NCBI RefSeq assembly: GCF_006345805.1
Contig: NC_043010.1
Location: forward strand, 23,188,001 to 23,252,000
Direction of reading: 5' to 3'
Length of the DNA stretch: 64,000 bases
From: Octopus sinensis
Taxonomy: Eukaryota
Of this stretch, positions 40,648 to 54,237 are shown in pieces. The first letter of the stretch is position 1. Every line of letters starts with the position of its first letter. Under the pieces are notes generated by a model. It had not been told where the DNA came from. It saw only the letters and a program-made list of their open reading frames with translations, and did not search any database. A program made the position numbers and the translations under genes.

Positions 40648-42036
40648 CATACATATGTGCATATATACGGTACACACGCACACACACTCACACCGTATAT
40701 TCATGTTAGGTCTGACTCCGTACAATTTTCGAGCCTCGATTTTCAAATCCCTTGTAATATTTTCAGCACTTGTAGTTTGAAGCATCATCCACTACTTTAC
40801 ATGATTCTCCTTATCGTAGGCATAACGGAAAGCTGTCTGATCCTTCATCCTTTACTTAACGCTTCCATAAAGCATGAAATGATTTTAGTCTTGTCAGACA
40901 TCTTCACAACATACTTTTCCTCTTCAAAAACGAAATAAAAAGTTTTCGGGAACGCTTACCGACACCTATGTAACACAAATGATTACATATGACCGTATTA
41001 TCTACTCTTTATTCATCCACAGATATAGAAAGAATTGGAAGGCGACATACCTCTTGCAGTGTGGTATGTAAACATATCAGACTCGTTTGGAGTGGTGCAG
41101 GCGGTACAAATAGTAAACTACAAACCAATTAACCGGTGCTTTGTTACAGTTCGCCTAATTATCGGTATATCCACTTCCCTCAACTAGACTAATTACCAAT
41201 GTATCCAGTTACACCCTGTTGCTGGTTTTAAACCTGTTCAACATAATTTTAAGCTTTGCCCATCCGTGTGTCAACGAGTAAATTACATGCAGTTCGCCAC
41301 AAACTTTAGCTACAAGAATTTGTCGCTGGTGGAGAGGCAAGCAGAAGCCATAACAAAGTTTGGAATAGAAGAGAGAGCTGTGTCTACGCTTGCAGAGAGA
41401 GGGAGAGAGAGGAGAGAGAGAGAGAGAGAGAGAGTCTACTAGCCTGGATGAAATGTTGTTATACAAATAGATGAATCAGGAAAAGAGTTGTAAATGATTC
41501 AATTTAGAAAATGAAATGAGCGACTGGACATCTAACGTTTGTAAGGATGGATTGTCACATCGAGTGCCATGCGGTTTTATAATTTAAATGAATAAAAAAA
41601 TGATAAAGGGTGGAATATCCAAATGTGTGACGTGCTGGGTAGAAATGCTTAGTGGTATTTCGTCTGCCGCTACGTTATGAGTTCAAATTCCGCCGCGGTC
41701 GATTTTGCTTTTCATCCTTTCGGGGTCGATAAATTAATTACTAGTTGTGAACTGGGGTTGATCTAATCGACTGGCTCCCACTCCCACAATGTAACTGACC
41801 GCCTACGTGGACGTTCGTATCATTCTCTACGTAACTTTTCAAATTATTTTTACTTACCCCTTTCTACTCAACCAACAAAATACGATCCAAAAAATGACTT
41901 TATGAAATGTTTTCATTGTATGTCTTTCCTACCTCTGTTTTTGTCAAAATATGTATCCCTCCTCTTTCTCTCTCCTCCTCTCTCTCTCCTCTTCCCCGCT
42001 CTCTCACTTTCTCCCTTCTATAGCAAAATTAATCAA

Positions 42037-42218
42037 ATAGGCGCAGGAGTGGCTGTGTGGTAAGTAGCTTGCTTACCAGCGACATGGTTCCGGGTTCAGT
42101 CCCACTGCGTGGCATCTTGGGCAAGTGTCTTCTACTATAGTCTCGGGCCGACAAAAGCCTTGTGAGTGGATTTGGTTGACGGAAACTGAAAGAAGCCCGT
42201 CGTATATATGTACATATA

Positions 42219-42279
<61 letters not shown>

Positions 42280-42513
42280 CGCGCACGCGCGCGCGCGTAT
42301 GTTTGTGTGCCTGTTTTTGTCCCCCTAGCATTGTTTGACAACCGATGCTGGTGTATTTATTCCCCGTCACTTAGCGGTCCGGAAAAAGACACCGATAGAA
42401 TAAGTACTAGGGTTACAAAGAATAAGTCATGGGGTCGATTTGCTCGACTAAAGGCGGTGCTCCAGCATGGCCGCAGTCAAATAACTGAAACAAGTAAAAG
42501 AGTAAAAGAGTAA
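42037..42513 (+). mobile_element. Full-length tRNA-derived SINE (family A)
   Basis: ataggcgcaggagtggctgtgtggtaag (A box), ggttcagtccc (B-box-like), internal (TA)/(TG) tract, tail gtaaaagagtaaaagagta; other copies or fragments near 13370-13680, 30140-30310, 48820-49210 and 57740-57950. Confidence 0.85.
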
Positions 42514-43328
42514 ATGTTTTTTTGTGAAACGTTTAGTTATTTAGAAAAGAAGAGAGATTTTGTGTTTCTACTTCTGTTATAGTATACTTGCAAAATAATT
42601 TTAATCTGATTTAATACGAAGTGACATTCCTCAACAAAGCAGAAAAATCATGACGCAATGGATAAATTAATAAACCAATAAGTGAATATGAAGGGCCAAT
42701 ACGAAATAATAGTTTTTGACAACGGTTGTAATCGTCGTTGTCGTTGTTGTTTAGTTTGAGGTCAGCCTAAATTGAGGAGAGCGAAGATTAAGAACACATC
42801 CTGTCATTTGCTTTCAGTTTTCACTATCTTACTGTCTTTCCTCAATAATTTATTTAATATGTTTTGTTTAATATGTAGGACCTTGTTTCAAAGGAGTAGG
42901 ATGTGCTTTGAAGGGGACTTAGCTATTATTTCTGGTAGACTGAGAAATCGTATAGAAGTTTTAAAGTGTTAGGTTCCTTGTTTTTTGCTTTCAGATTTCT
43001 GCTAGAATTTGTAATCAAAGGTGATCCAATTGTGGCCAACATGTCTGTCTTTGTACTCCAAACACTTTGTCAAAAATAAGGATAGTGACCCTTTTAAACT
43101 CAGCTTATTAAATTTTACTTTAATTTTTTTCTCTTTCAGAAACACAGAGTAGAAGGCGTTTGTAGGAAGTTGGAAGGACACCATTCGATGAAAGGAGCTG
43201 AAGTATAAGTAATTGGAAACCATTGATCTGATGTGCTTCATATTTTCTTTTCTTTCTTTTTTAGTCATTTAAGACTTATCTACATTATTTACATTTGACG
43301 GATATTTGTCCTCATCTTGTTTGTTGTT

Positions 43329-43374
43329 AACACAACGTTTCGGCTGATATACTCTCCAGCCTTCATCAGGTGTC
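43329..43374 (-). ncRNA. Minimal type I hammerhead ribozyme (CUGAUGA core, ACGU stem III, GUU site)
   Basis: Minus strand: gacac CTGATGA a ggctg-gagagtatat-cagcc GAAA cg TT gtgtt; lies in a short element spanning 43281-43423. Confidence 0.72.
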
Positions 43375-43438
43375 TTGGGGAAATTTCGAACCTGGGTTCT
43401 CATTCCTTAGGTATTTTTCGATGTTGATGTTGTTGCTG

Positions 43439-43527
<89 letters not shown>

Positions 43528-43559
43528 TTATTATATTATTATTATTATATTATTATTAT

Positions 43560-46243
43560 CTTTCAGTAGTTTTATTTTTATAACGTCCTTTCACTTCACT
43601 ACCGAGCGCAGCTCTGTGTGCCTTGGGTATGTGCTGTGATTTGTTGTGATGCTCTGATGGTTACTGTATTGAAAGTGTTCTGCGTAGGATGTGTGCAGTG
43701 CCTAGTAGTGCTATTTTCTGTATGTTATATGTGTTTGTAAGTCGTGGTATTTTTGTTATGTATTTGTCTGAATATTTCTTTATCCTGCCTACTCTGATAG
43801 GAATTGTTTCTGCTTTTAGATTCCACATTCTAGTTACCTCTATTTCCAGGTCTTTGTATTTTGAAAGTTTCTCCATTTCTTTTAGAGACAAGTTGTCATC
43901 TGCTGGTATTAAATTAGTAAGCATTTTTTTTCTTCATGATCTCTGACAACTATATCTGGTCTGTTGGCCTTAATTTCACTATCTGTGTGTATTGGCATAT
44001 CCCAGAGTATGGTTGCTTTCTCGTTTTCTGTGACCTTTTCTGGTGTGTGCCAATACCATCTTTTTTCTGTTGTTATTCCATAATGTTGCCATAGCTTCCA
44101 GTGTATGTAGCTCCCAACTCTGTCGTGTCTGTGAATATATTCCGTCTTAGCCAGGACTGGGCAGCCAGAGATAATATGATTTATTGTTTCTTGTCCATCT
44201 CCACATATTCTGCAGTTACTTGTTATATTTCTTTTCATTACATGTTTTTGGTAATTTCTGGTCTTGGGCTGCAATTAAAAATCCCTCTGTCTCTGCTTTG
44301 AGACCTGAGCTTCTCAACCATTGCTAGGATTTTACTTTGTCTATTTATTTTGCATTTAGTTTAGTCCAGTACTTGCCATGAAGGAGCTTTTCTTGCCATC
44401 GCTTTATCATGGTCCGTTGCTGTTCCAGTTTTAGTTTGGATTTCATTTGCTGGTTTTAGGCTTGGTTTTAGTTTGGATTTCATATAGCTTTTGTTGTGTT
44501 TTCTTCTTCTTCTTCTTCTTCTTCTTCTTCTTCTTCTTCTTCTTCTTCATATTTGTTAGGTGGTATGATTTCTTGTTTGTATTTGTCAGCTTCCTTAAAT
44601 ACTGAGAACAATTTTTTGTTTTGCTCGTGTTTTGCTGCTATTTGTATCAGTTTTTCTTGCTTCTGAAGTAGGTATTTTTGCAGTCATATGGTGGTTATTT
44701 TATAGTAGTTTTCCAGCTTTAAAGGCCTCTACAACCTTCTATACGTTGTATATATAGCCTTTCTATGTCAGATTTTGGGTGATGCATCTAGATCCTGTTC
44801 ATTATTTTTCTTGTTTTCCTATAGCTTTTGTTGTGTTTTCTTCTTCTTCTCTTCTTCTTCTTCTTCTTCTTCTTCTTCTTCTTCTCTTCTTCTTCTTCTT
44901 CTCTTCTTCATATTTGTTAGGTGGTATGATTTCTTGTTTGTATTTGTCAGCTTCCTTAAATACTGAGAACAATTTTTTGTTTTGCTCGTGTTTTGCTGCT
45001 ATTTGTATCAGTTTTTCTTGCTTCTGAAGTAGGTATTTTTGCAGTCATATGGTGGTTATTTTATAGTAGTTTTCCAGCTTTATAAGGCCTCTACAACCTT
45101 CTATACGTTGTATATATAGCCTTTCTATGTCAGATTTTGGGTGATGCATCCTAGATCCTGTCATTATTTTTCTTGTTTTCATATCTATTTTGGTTAGTTC
45201 ATTTAGCGTCCAGTTAAGGATATTGTAGCTGTAACTTATAACTGGGACGGCTAAAGTGTTAATACCTATTATCTTGTTTTTAGCATTGAGCTCTGTTTTT
45301 AGTATTGATCTAACTCGTCTATAGTGTTCTTTCTTTATTTTCTCTTTCATTTGTGTGTGTTGTGTCTTATCTAGTTCATGGATTCCTAAGTATTTGTAAG
45401 TTTGGCTTTGGTCTAATTCTCTTATTTCATTGGCTTTATCTAGTGTGATGCTGCTGCTCTTAACTTGTTTTCCTCTTTTCAGGGTTACTTTGGCGCATTT
45501 TTCTAATCCAAATTTCATATCTATTTCTTTGGTAAATCCATGAAATGTGTTTAATAGTGTTTCCAGCTGTTTGTCATTTGTAGCGTATAGTTTTAGGTCA
45601 TCCATATATAAAAGGTGGCTGATCGTTTTGCCGTAACATTTATATCCGCATCCAGTTCTATTTAGCAGTGCCAAGCGGAAAAGGAGTGGAGATAGCGTGT
45701 CTCCCTGGAATATTCCTCTTCTAATGGGAATGGCTTTGGTTTTCACGAGTCCCTCTTTTGTTTGGAGCTGTAGCACTGTCTGCCATAGAGTGTCCAATGT
45801 ATTTTATAATTGTTGGTGCTACTTTGTTAATGGCTAGTGTTTCGTGGATCCATGTGTGGGAGATGATTTCAAACGCCTTTCTGTAGTCGATCCAGGCCAT
45901 ACTGAGGCCTTTCTTCTTTCTGTGGCTGTCTTCAGTTATAGCTTTATTGATCATTAGTTGATCTTTACAGCCATATGAGCCTTTGCGGCACCCCTTCTGC
46001 TCTTCTGGAAACAGGTTGTTTTCGTCTAAGTGCTTGTTCAATCTTTGTGATATTACTGCAGTGAATGCTTTGTACATTTTAGGGAGACAGGTTATAGGTC
46101 TGTAGTTTTCTGGTTTTGCTGTCTCATTGGATTTCGGAATTAAGATGCTTTTCCCCTTCGTGAGCCATTCAGGCTCTGCCGATTTGTTGTTAAAGTTTTC
46201 AGCCAGCTTTTTGTGTATTCCTGTCAGATATTTCAACCAGAAA
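43560..46243 (-). mobile_element. 5'-truncated Dong/R4-clade LINE inserted in (TAA)n, with an internal tandem duplication
   Basis: RT motifs ENYRPITCL, EQKGCRKG, WIDYRKAF, GIFQGDTLSPLLF, HLLYMDDLKLYA, YKYLG; CRICG..ETINHIISGC, RHD, NRPDIVV, KLSKYKDL; (TAA)n on both flanks; frameshifts and stops. Confidence 0.92.
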
Positions 46244-46306
46244 TATTATTATTATTATCATTATTATTATTATTATTATTATTAGTAGTAGTGTAGTAGT
46301 AGTAGT

Positions 46307-46369
<63 letters not shown>

Positions 46370-46482
46370 TCACTGCCTGGAATCGAACTCGGAATCTTGG
46401 GGTTAGTAGCTCGCGCTCTTAACCACTACACCATATGCCCGTGGGAAATTACGGAGTGAATTTCAGGCAGTAACCTGAATAT

Positions 46483-46526
<44 letters not shown>

Positions 46527-46549
46527 TTACTACCACCACCACCACCACC

Positions 46550-46595
<46 letters not shown>

Positions 46596-46607
46596 TACTA
46601 CTACTAC

Positions 46608-46640
<33 letters not shown>

Positions 46641-46704
46641 CAACAACAACACTGGCATCAAAAAATACCTTAAGAATGAGAACCCAAGTTCGAAATTTCC
46701 CCAA

Positions 46705-46750
46705 GATACCTGAAGAAAGTTGGAGGTTATATCAGCCGAAATGTTGTGCT
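46705..46750 (+). ncRNA. Degenerate copy of the 43329-43374 hammerhead family
   Basis: gatac CTGAAGA a agttg-gaggttatat-cagcc GAAA tg TT gtgct; stems II and III are partly broken. Confidence 0.45.
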
Positions 46751-47099
46751 AACAACAAACGAGACGAGGACAAATATCTGTCAAATGTAAATAATGTAAA
46801 TAGTGTACATGATTCCTCATCTCTTAAATATAGAACTGTATCATTTAAAACTTAACATCAAATGGCATTCCGACACAACAAACGAGAGTCTTCTTGGTAA
46901 TCGTCCAAGAGTTACCCCCACCATAAAATAAAGAAGACAAAGATTCTGAAGATAATACTTTTGTTGCAAGGAAGAAGCAGTGAGGTAAATACTGGTGTGG
47001 AAACCAACATACGGAAAGCGATCTAGGAATCATCCTGCCAGGACATGTTTTTTGAAGATATTTGTCTACTGATAAAAGACTTATTAAGGGCAATGCAGG

Positions 47100-47522
47100 G
47101 TAAGGAATTCTGTAGACAAGTGATTGATGCTGGTCATTCAGCGGACGATACAATAAGTGGCACTCCGTCGTTTCGACCACGAGGGTTCCAGTTGATCCCA
47201 TCAACGGAACAGCCTGCTCGTGAAATTAACGTACAAGTGGCTGAGCCCTCCACAGGTATGTGTACCCTTAACGTAGTTCACGGGAAGATTTAGCGTGACA
47301 CAGAATGTAACAAGGCTGGCTCTTTAAAATACAGGTACAACAGAAAGAGGAAGAAAGAGTGAGAGAAAGTTGTGGTGAAAGAATACAGCAGAGTTCACAA
47401 CCACCCCTGCCAGAACCTCGTGGAGCTTTAGTTTTTTTTCACTCAATAAACACTCACATCGCTCGGTCTGGGAATCGAAACCGCGAGTCAGCTACCCTAA
47501 CTACTGAGCCATTGCGCCACCA
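47100..47522 (-). mobile_element. tRNA-derived SINE (family C)
   Basis: Homologous to 35740-36127. Confidence 0.75.
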
Positions 47523-48172
47523 CACAATAAGTAATAAATAATACATATGTGTCTTGATATTGCTATGGCGGCTACGTCTAACAGGTTAAGTAATTATGCT
47601 TGTGTTGGTAGCACTTCTCTTTGTCCGTAACGAACCTGTAGATTTTTTTTTTTCATTTCATAAATTATATCAATACATTCCTATGCTCCAGTTACGATAA
47701 CATAAATTATAAGTGACGTCTAATTTAATCCTTTTAACAATACTAGCGAGTGAGATTTTGCCTGATGTTAGGAGCAGATCAAATGACCGCTTGGAATATC
47801 TTGCATTTTTTACACTCATTGACCCTCATTGATCCGAAATAGTGAAGAAATTCTTCTTGCAATGTGGCCAGAGTGTAGATAACAAAAGAATACCTGTTTT
47901 ACAGTTAACAACGACGTGTAAGTTATAAGCAACACATGCAAACATCTTCCACTCCCTCGGCAGTTTTCATAATGTCTATTGGTGTTAGAGCAGATATTAA
48001 ATGCTAGTTAGCTTCACTCACATTTCAATATTTACACAGATATTTTGTAACACTTTTAGCTCCGTACGTTATCACACGTCTTGATTTCATAACGACATAA
48101 ATGATAGCCGAAGTGATGATGTACGTCAGTCACGACATTGCAAGTACAAACTATACGCAGGCACATACCTAC

Positions 48173-48264
<92 letters not shown>

Positions 48265-48763
48265 TGTGTGTGTGCGTGCGCGTGTGTCTGTGTTGGTTTC
48301 CATTAAATCAGCTATAAGTCAATATTATGTTACCAAGCTGTCAGAATTGTGGATATAGGCCGTCCTTTAAATGTAACTAGAATCGCTTTAGTTTGTATTC
48401 TCTACAAATCTTTCTTCGCCATTCCTTTAAGCTCTCTCTCTCTTTTCTCTCTCGTTCTCTCCCACTCTCTCTCTATCCCCAATCTCTCTCTCTCTCTCTC
48501 TCTCACTTTCTTGGTCATGCTTGCTCTCTCATTCTCCATCTCTCTCACAGCTTCTATAACCCCTTTCTTTCAATCCCTCCTCTCTCCTTTTCACTCTACT
48601 GATATATGACATATACGCATATGTGTGTGTGTGTTTTTGTGTGTGTGTATGACTCAACATAAAACTATGTATATTTTCTTCAGGTCTCCATGCAATTTTC
48701 TGCATACACGCACACACGCGTGTTCTTGTATATATATGTGTGTGTGTGTGTGTGTTCTCGTAC

Positions 48764-48799
<36 letters not shown>

Positions 48800-48819
48800 A
48801 CATTACATGTGTGTGTGTA

Positions 48820-49210
48820 TTCTCTTATTCTTTTATTCTTTTACTTGTTTCAGTCATTTGACTGCGACTATGCTTTAGTCGAGCAAATTGACCCCAGGAT
48901 TTATTCTTTTTAAATTTGTTACGTATATTATCGGTCTATTTTGCTGAATTGCTAAGTTACGGGGACGTAAACACAGCAACCCTCGGTTGTCAAGGGATGA
49001 TGGCGCGACAAACACAGACACACAAACACACACACACGCACACTCACACACACATATACAACAGGCTTCTTTCAGTTTCCGTCTACCAAATCCACTCACA
49101 AGACTTTGTTCGGTCCGGGGCTATAGAAGAAGATACTTGCTCAAGGTGCTACGCATTGGGACTAAACCCGGAAGCATGTGGTTGGTAAGTTAGCTACTTA
49201 ACACACAGCC
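48820..49210 (-). mobile_element. tRNA-derived SINE (family A)
   Basis: Homologous to 31966-32391. Confidence 0.8.
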
Positions 49211-49232
49211 AATCATACAATCATATATATAC

Positions 49233-49335
<103 letters not shown>

Positions 49336-49693
49336 AGGCGGGATTGTGTGTTTATGCATAAAGCTTATAGACCTAGTCTACCCATTTACATTTGTGCATT
49401 ATACAATAAAACGTGAAAATCTTTGGCGGAACTGAAGAGCTATACAAGGGCGTCACATTGCATCGTCAATGATTCATATCAATGGTTCTTTCTGGCAATG
49501 GCTTTGCTCGTATATGAGAAATCAGCCATTACACGCACGCACACACACACATACACACATACGCACATGCGTATATATTGGTCAGATACACACACAGAGG
49601 CACACACATACATATATACAAATATTTATCTATATATCTATCTGTGTGTGTGTGTGTGTATATATACCTACATTTATATTTACATGCATATAT

Positions 49694-49732
<39 letters not shown>

Positions 49733-49752
49733 ACACACACACACACACACAC

Positions 49753-49809
<57 letters not shown>

Positions 49810-49927
49810 ATTTGAGGATGATCTTGTTGCCCGTTTAGACAAATAAAACACACGAACTTTATATTTTCTAATACAAAACGGCAGATTGTTAGGAAGAAGA
49901 GGTACAAAAAAGTAAGTCGAAAGCAAA

Positions 49928-49972
49928 GGACCACTGATGAGGTCACATAAGTGTGATGAAAGAACTCTGGCC
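49928..49972 (+). ncRNA. Minimal type I hammerhead ribozyme motif (CUGAUGA core, CUC site)
   Basis: ggacca CTGATGA g gtcac-ataagt-gtgat GAAA gaac TC tggcc; stem I has one mismatch. Confidence 0.58.
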
Positions 49973-50141
49973 GATATACAGTTGATATGAAAATAAAGCT
50001 GAAGCAAGTGAACACTGAATATACAGTGAGTGTGTTTTCATTGGCTAAACTGGCAACATGACCATCCCCAAATACAACACTATTTGATTCAATACACGAA
50101 TTCGTATCAAGAATCTTGCAAAACGAATATATAAATGTACT

Positions 50142-50189
<48 letters not shown>

Positions 50190-50314
50190 TACATACACAT
50201 ATATATATATATGATACATATATACAAATATGATACACATATACATATAAGATACATATATATGTGTATAGATGCACATAGAACATCCTGTGAGATGTTA
50301 CGGTTTCGTTTGAA

Positions 50315-50760
50315 ATGTGTTTGACCATAAAGTCAATATTTAAATAATGTAATTTGTTACACTCCTGAACGATGAGATGGTCTCACCTGGAAAGTCTTGC
50401 GTTATAAATTCAATGTTTAAACAATGTAAACTTTTATACTTTTAAAAAGATGTGATGGTCACTCCTGGAATATCTTTGACCATAAAATCAATGGTTAGAT
50501 AATATAGTCAGTCTCTTACTACCGATAGAAAGCCGAGATGGTCGCACTTGGAATGTCGTTGACTCTAAAGTCAACATTTAGACAATGAAAACTTTTGCAC
50601 ACCTAAAAAGACGAGATGGGGCCACATGAAAAATCTTTCAACATAAAGTCAATATTTAAACAATGTAGACTTTTACATTCCTAAAAAGACGAGTTGGTCT
50701 CGCCTGGAATGTCTTTGACCATAAAGTCGATATGTAAAAAACATGAAACATCTCACATTC
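50315..50760 (+). repeat. Degenerate ~78-bp minisatellite, ~5.5 units
   Basis: ttgaccataaagtcaa-like anchor at ~50321, 50396, 50476, 50559, 50637 and 50715; shared gagatggtc..cctggaatgtc block. Confidence 0.8.
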
Positions 50761-51537
50761 CGTTAAAATACTTTAAGATATTGTTTCACTGCATTTAGCC
50801 GACGAAATTTATCCCCACTGGTCTACTAGACGATCGATATATTCCGTTCCGTTTGGGTGAAACACACCGTCTTTTTCCATTAGTCTTATTTGAATAACTA
50901 ACACGGATTCAGTAAAGTTCACTCCTTCGTGTTTCAATCAGATTCAAAACAGTCGCTGATTAAAAGGATAACATATAAAATGAATCTCTACGATGAGAGT
51001 ATTCGTTAATATTGAATTCCATACTTACATTACACACGTGGAGAGCATTATCCAAGGATTAAGAAGATAAATTATAACTTCAAATTCTGATATTCATCTG
51101 TATATTTCACTTTGCAACAAAATTCTTATTTATTTTTTTTTTCTTTGGTCTTTGGTCAGTAAGTGTTATTTTCTATTTGCTTCTATCTAAAAATCAAAGG
51201 AAACGACTACTATTCCCTTCAAAGTTTGCTCTTGTTACCTGGACGTCAATGTTGTAAAACTGACCTATTTTCTATGGCATTTCAAACAGATTCAGCGCAG
51301 AGTTGCTGAAGCATAAATATCGTTATAGCAAATATTCTGCTCAATACCACAGCCCTGCTCGTCAGATGCTTGATCTTAACCGCTTGAGCATATCCCTTAG
51401 TGGCTGACAATATGTGCATTTCTGATCATGGGCAGGTGTGGTGGGGGATCATCATAACTACGTGTTGAGAGGGATTTTTTGGGTTTTAATAAATGTAACA
51501 AAAGCAAATTATGAAGGAAATATTATACATTTTATGT

Positions 51538-51714
51538 AAAATGTAACGTGTCTTGAATGGCCCAACAATGCAGAGTGGACCATAATAACCGCTATAATTT
51601 AATTATCCATAGTCTCATATAATAATATTTCGGAATATAAAAATTCATTCTTCATAGATTGCTAGGAATTGATCGAGTCACAACTATAATCGGTTTTCCA
51701 ACGGTTACTGAATT
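51538..51714 (+). repeat. Unclassified dispersed repeat (second copy at 62538-62702)
   Basis: aaatgtaacgtgtcttg...ataatttaattatccatagtct...aatcggttttccaacggttactgaatt present in both copies. Confidence 0.75.
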
Positions 51715-54009
51715 TCTTTTTTCTCCGGAAGCGTCTCTGCAGTGGTCTCACGAAGCTCCTTCCGGAATTCCTCATGGGAAGTGCGTGAGGGCAGACATGT
51801 CTCAAGCTCCTATGTGTTGGCACATCCGCAGTGCTGCTTTTTCGTTATGTATTATACGTGCAGTTTCTTCTTTTATTTATAATACATGAGCATGTTATTA
51901 AAAATGAACCTACACGCATCCAGATGTAGCTAAATAATATATTGATTGCCAACTTCCAGCCTGTTATACTTTCATGTGATAAGCATATAGAAAATAACAG
52001 TTGCTACCCAAGGATAAAAAAACGTTATACAGTGTTATCTTACTATATAACTTCATTTTTATTTTAACCTCAGTCATGTCCAGCCCCTGACAACATCTCG
52101 GAAAAAAGCCGGATTCTAAAATCCTAAACTGGAAAAGGTTGGGAACGACCCTCCAACAATTAGCATGAGAATCTCCTCGCCCTACATTGCTGAAGACGTC
52201 TCTCATGCCCCAGAAGCACTATGGATTCAGTGAAAGAACCAAAACAGGATGATCAAAAGCTCTTTGCTCAGATATGGTTACAAGACCGGCCCAGCCACTT
52301 GTGCACGTGTAGAAGCAGATCTTACTATGGAGTACTGTCGTGACTGCCCCCTACTATCAAACCCACGCAACTGAAAAGAATCGAACGTAGAGGAAAAGGT
52401 GTACTGCGTTAGCAACTTCGAGTTGAGTATTGCATAATAACCGACTCAGTTGAGTCGACTCCTTCGGAGCATATTCTGCATCAAAGTGGACGCAAGGTTC
52501 TTCGACGATCTGACGATGAGCAATCTGATACTCACCAAAATATATTCGTTTGCTTGAAATTAACGTGAAAGCAGTTAAGTAGAGCACAGACACGTGTACC
52601 GTTAATAAAACCCCCAGGTACAGCGAGCGAAACACTCTGTAACAAGGCTGGATATAGAAATTACTGGCGCAAGAGAGGGCGAGAGACAGAGATATATAGA
52701 TACAGAGAGACAGCACGAAGAGAGTGGGGAAAGGAGAGAAAAAGGAAAAAAGAAAAAGAGAGATTGAGAGAGTGGTAAAGAAAAATCGGGCCGCCTTCTG
52801 AAATGGTACTTTATTGATCCTAAAAGGTTGAAAAACTAGGATGATCCAGGCAGAGTGTGAATTCAGAACGCAGAGAGGCAGAACGAGAATCTCAATGATA
52901 TTCTATTTGATGCTGTAACCATTCTGCGAATCCCTCGTTTTCCAAAATCAAACGTTGTGCTTTTCAGAAGTCACACACTTTTGGCAATTACTTTTTACCA
53001 AAACATAGTCGTAAAATAGTTTGCTATAAAATTCTTTCATCATAGAAAAGCAAAATTAATTATCACCCTAAAAAAAGAAAAAAAGAAAGAAGAAAACATT
53101 AACAAAACTATAAATGTACCCACGAAGAATGTGTATTATGAGAGATCGATGTAAACATGCATCAACCGTTCCATATTGCTACGGGATGACTCCAGAGATT
53201 GCTGAGTGATAATTATGGTAGTCAAGTGACGTCATTGCAAATCAGGAAGACGTCACTGCTGCCACCTGCTGACGTAAGCAGGTGGCGTTAATAGAATAGA
53301 ATGCAATTTTATCTATCCCAGCGAAGCCATAACACAAATACACACACACACACGTGCACGTGTTTATAAATATATATATACACACACAGACACATACATT
53401 CATAATAAACATACACACAAGCAAAAATAATACACACGCACAAATACCCACACATACACACACATACGTACACTTACACGCACAGTCACTCTCGCACACA
53501 CGCATATACATACTCACATAGAAACAGACAGACACACAGCCATCATACATAGGTATACAGACAAGCAAAACAGCGCACATGCATACGGCTGCGAGGATAC
53601 ATCAGCGACAGAGAGGCTTAGAGTTTCGTGCTAAATAATAGTAAACACAATCAACAAGTGATTTGGCACGAAACTCTAAACACTTGAGTCACTTATTGTG
53701 GTCTCCTACGTATAAAATAATATAAACATTCGAGTAGTAGCCTTCAACCATCGCTCGATCTATAACAATCATCCCACCGTTGGATTTTTGTAAACGGGTT
53801 CGCGTTTCAGCTTACATTCCTAACTAGTGTCCATTGAGAAAATGAGTCCACCCTACCGACTTTAGACTACCCCAGTTCTGAAGGCCCCTAGAAAAAAATA
53901 AAGGGAAAACAGAGGAAGAAAACCAAAGATCCAACCACTGTTTTTTTTCCAAGAAATAAATGTTTTAATGTTTCCTTTTGCATATTATATATATATATAT
54001 ATATATATT

Positions 54010-54237
54010 TATGTATTGCGTTATTGCCCACGGGGGGGGTATAAACACAGAGGGGACAAATAAGGATAGACAAAGAGATTAAGTCGATTAGATCGACTCC
54101 GGTACTTATTTCATCGACCCCGAAAGGATAAAAGGCAAAGTCGACCTCGGCGGAGTTTGAACTCAGAACGTAACGGCAGACGAAATACCGCTAAGCATTT
54201 CTGCCGACGTGTTAACGATTCTGCCAGCTCGCCACCT
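54010..54237 (-). mobile_element. tRNA-derived SINE (family B)
   Basis: Reverse complement of the 17862-18092 family. Confidence 0.78.

Noticed and set aside
46370-46445. tRNA-like sequence on the minus strand
   Set aside because: Has A/B boxes but no acceptor stem; it is a SINE head, not a tRNA gene.
50315-50760. CRISPR-like periodicity
   Set aside because: Eukaryotic context, no repeat-spacer alternation and no cas genes.
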